Shown here: positions 61,951 through 64,000 of the stretch, piece after piece
How positions within the stretch are numbered: the stretch's first letter is position 1
Layout of the letters: every line of letters begins with the position of its first letter
Assembly (NCBI GenBank): GCA_965116475.1
Contig: OZ220691.1
Span: 3,296,001 to 3,360,000, forward strand
DNA length: 64,000 bases
Direction: 5' to 3'
Source of the DNA: Gemmatimonadota bacterium
GTDB taxonomy: Bacteria; Gemmatimonadota; Gemmatimonadetes; Palauibacterales; Palauibacteraceae
Translations under genes and position numbers: made by a program
Notes under the pieces: model-generated
Seen by the model: the letters and a program-made list of their open reading frames with translations, nothing else
Databases searched by the model: none
What the model was told of the DNA's origin: nothing

Positions 61951-64000
61951 ATGACGTCGTCACGAGAACACAGGGTCGTCAGCTCCGCGATCGCCTTCCG
62001 GGTGGCCGCCGGCGCGCTCGCGCTCGCCATCCTCGCCCCCGCCGGTCCGCTCGCCGGACAGGAGCGGGACCCGGACCACTTCGGCCCGGCGGACGTGTTC
62101 GAACTCGAGATCGCCGGCGATCCGCGGATCTCGCCCGATGGTTCCCGGGTCGTCTACGTGCGGTCCTCGATGGACATCATGACCGACCGTCAGCGCAGCA
62201 ACCTGTGGATCGTCGACTACGACGGTTCGAACCACCGTCCGCTCCTCACCGGACAGAAGAACTTCTCGTCCCCGCGCTGGTCGCCGGACGGCACGAAACT
62301 CCTTTACGTCGCGAGCGACGAGCACGGGAAGGCGCAGCTCTATCTGCGCTGGATGGACACCGGACAGACGGCCCTCCTCACGCAGCTGGAGCGCGGCCCT
62401 GGCGGTCTCGCCTGGTCCCCCGACGGGAGCATGATCGCCTTCAGCATGTTCGTCCCGGACACGCCGCCGCCCTTCGCGCAGATGCCGGCCAAGCCCGAAG
62501 GCGCGACGTGGGCGCCGCCCGCCACGACGTACGAGCGGCTCTACTACCGCTCCGACAGCCAGGGCTTCCTGCCGGTCGGCTACTCCCACGTCTTCGTCCT
62601 CCCCGCGGAGGGAGGGACGCCGCGCCAGGTCACGCACGGCCCCTACAACCACGGCGGGACGCCCGAGTGGACGCCCGATTCGCAGCACCTGCTGATCTCG
62701 GCCACCCGGCGCGACGACTGGGAGTACGTACGGGACTCCGAGGTCTTCGAGTTCTCCGTGGCGGATGGGGCGGTCCGGCAGCTCACGGACCGGCGCGGAC
62801 CGGACTCCGGCCCCGTCGTGTCGCCGGACGGCGGCATGATCGCCTACACCGGCTACGATGACCGTTTCCTCGGACACCAGGTGTCGAAGCTGTACGTGAT
62901 GAACCGCGACGGGTCCGGCTCGCGCCTCATCGCCGACGACCTCGACCGCTCGATCGGAAACGTGCACTGGGCGAGCGATGGGGCGGGGCTCTTCTTCCAG
63001 TACGACACCGAGGGGAACACGCGGCTGGCCCACGTCGACCTCGACGGGAACGTGACGGACATCGTCTCCAGCGTGCAGGGTCTGTCGATCGGCCGTCCCT
63101 ATGGGGGCGGTACCTTCTCCACCTCCGGCAACGACCGTTTCGCCTACACCTACGGGACGCCCGACCACCCGGCGGATCTCGCGGTGACGAATCGCGGCGG
63201 CGACTGGCAGCGGCTCACGCACCTGAACGAGGACCTCTTCGCGCAGAAGGCGATCGGGGAGACGGAGGAGGTCTGGTACAAGTCCTCGCACGACGGACTC
63301 GACATCCAGGGCTGGATCGTGAAGCCGCCGGACTTCGACCCGGGCCGCAAGTATCCGCTCCTGCTCGAGATCCACGGCGGGCCGTTCGCCAACTACGGTG
63401 ACCGCTTCAGCGCCGAGGTCCAGTTGTTCGCCTCGGCAGGGTACGTCGTCCTCTACACGAACCCGCGCGGGAGTACGAGCTATGGCGAGGATTTCGGGAA
63501 CGAGATCCACCACGCGTATCCGAGTTACGACTTCGACGACCTCATGTCCGGCGTCGATGAAGTGATCTCGCGCGGATACATCGACGAGGACCAGCTGTTC
63601 GTCACCGGCGGCTCGGGCGGCGGCGTGCTGACGGCCTGGATCGTGACGCACACGGACCGTTTCGCGGCGGCCGCGTCGCAGAAGCCCGTCATCAACTGGT
63701 ATTCGTGGGTCCTGACCGCGGACATGGGAGGCAGCGGCGGGATCAACTACTGGTTCCCGGGCGCGCCGTGGGACAACCTCGAGCACTACATGGAGCGGTC
63801 GCCGGTGCACCACATCGCGAACGTGACCACGCCGACCATGCTCATCACCGGAGAGGTCGACTGGCGCACGCCGATGTCGGAGTCGGAGCAGTTCTACCAG
63901 GCGCTGAGGATCCGGAAGGTGCCGTCGGTGCTCGTGCGGATTCCCGAGGCGAACCACAGCATCGGCGCGCGTCCGAGCGGCCTCATCAGCAAGGTGCAGC
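61951..64000 (+). CDS. Secreted S9 family peptidase, 3'-partial (runs off window, absent from ORF track)
   Basis: AGGAGG RBS, ATG 61951, signal peptide, SPDG repeats, IHGGP, NPRGS, TGGSGGG, GEVDWR. Confidence 0.92.
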   Translation, partial: MTSSREHRVVSSAIAFRVAAGALALAILAPAGPLAGQERDPDHFGPADVFELEIAGDPRISPDGSRVVYVRSSMDIMTDRQRSNLWIVDYDGSNHRPLLTGQKNFSSPRWSPDGTKLLYVASDEHGKAQLYLRWMDTGQTALLTQLERGPGGLAWSPDGSMIAFSMFVPDTPPPFAQMPAKPEGATWAPPATTYERLYYRSDSQGFLPVGYSHVFVLPAEGGTPRQVTHGPYNHGGTPEWTPDSQHLLISATRRDDWEYVRDSEVFEFSVADGAVRQLTDRRGPDSGPVVSPDGGMIAYTGYDDRFLGHQVSKLYVMNRDGSGSRLIADDLDRSIGNVHWASDGAGLFFQYDTEGNTRLAHVDLDGNVTDIVSSVQGLSIGRPYGGGTFSTSGNDRFAYTYGTPDHPADLAVTNRGGDWQRLTHLNEDLFAQKAIGETEEVWYKSSHDGLDIQGWIVKPPDFDPGRKYPLLLEIHGGPFANYGDRFSAEVQLFASAGYVVLYTNPRGSTSYGEDFGNEIHHAYPSYDFDDLMSGVDEVISRGYIDEDQLFVTGGSGGGVLTAWIVTHTDRFAAAASQKPVINWYSWVLTADMGGSGGINYWFPGAPWDNLEHYMERSPVHHIANVTTPTMLITGEVDWRTPMSESEQFYQALRIRKVPSVLVRIPEANHSIGARPSGLISKVQ

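Overview
GC-rich, gene-dense 64-kb bacterial window; gene content (6-bladed propeller lipoprotein, VPS10/BNR protein, DUF5916 barrel, TPR membrane protein, S9 peptidases) suggests Gemmatimonadota, possibly host-associated (inference only). Left to right: a cytoplasmic GAF-PAS-kinase-receiver-wHTH fusion; a three-fragment chimeric scar with a tyrosine-integrase remnant; an RDD-SpoIIM / DUF58 / MoxR / DUF4350 / DUF4129 cluster; an alpha-glucan locus (two GH57, glgA, glgB, glgP) enclosing an uncharacterised module of four ATP-grasp ligases, two serine esterases (one with a CBM48-like domain) and an S51 cyanophycinase-like peptidase; an AGCS symporter; PadR with a double palindromic operator; an NSAR/OSBS-GNAT-S9-SDR-VOC run; a SAM-II riboswitch with terminator/antiterminator ahead of metH-yitJ; amidase, pheA, lipoproteins, a Tat aldo-keto reductase, a Phd/VapC pair, an orphan MetF-like gene, mtnA and a partial S9 peptidase. 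Most notable: the glycogen-embedded ATP-grasp module and the apparently transcription-attenuating SAM-II switch. No rRNA, tRNA or CRISPR array seen. Family calls are by motif recognition, not database search; several starts were re-assigned by eye.
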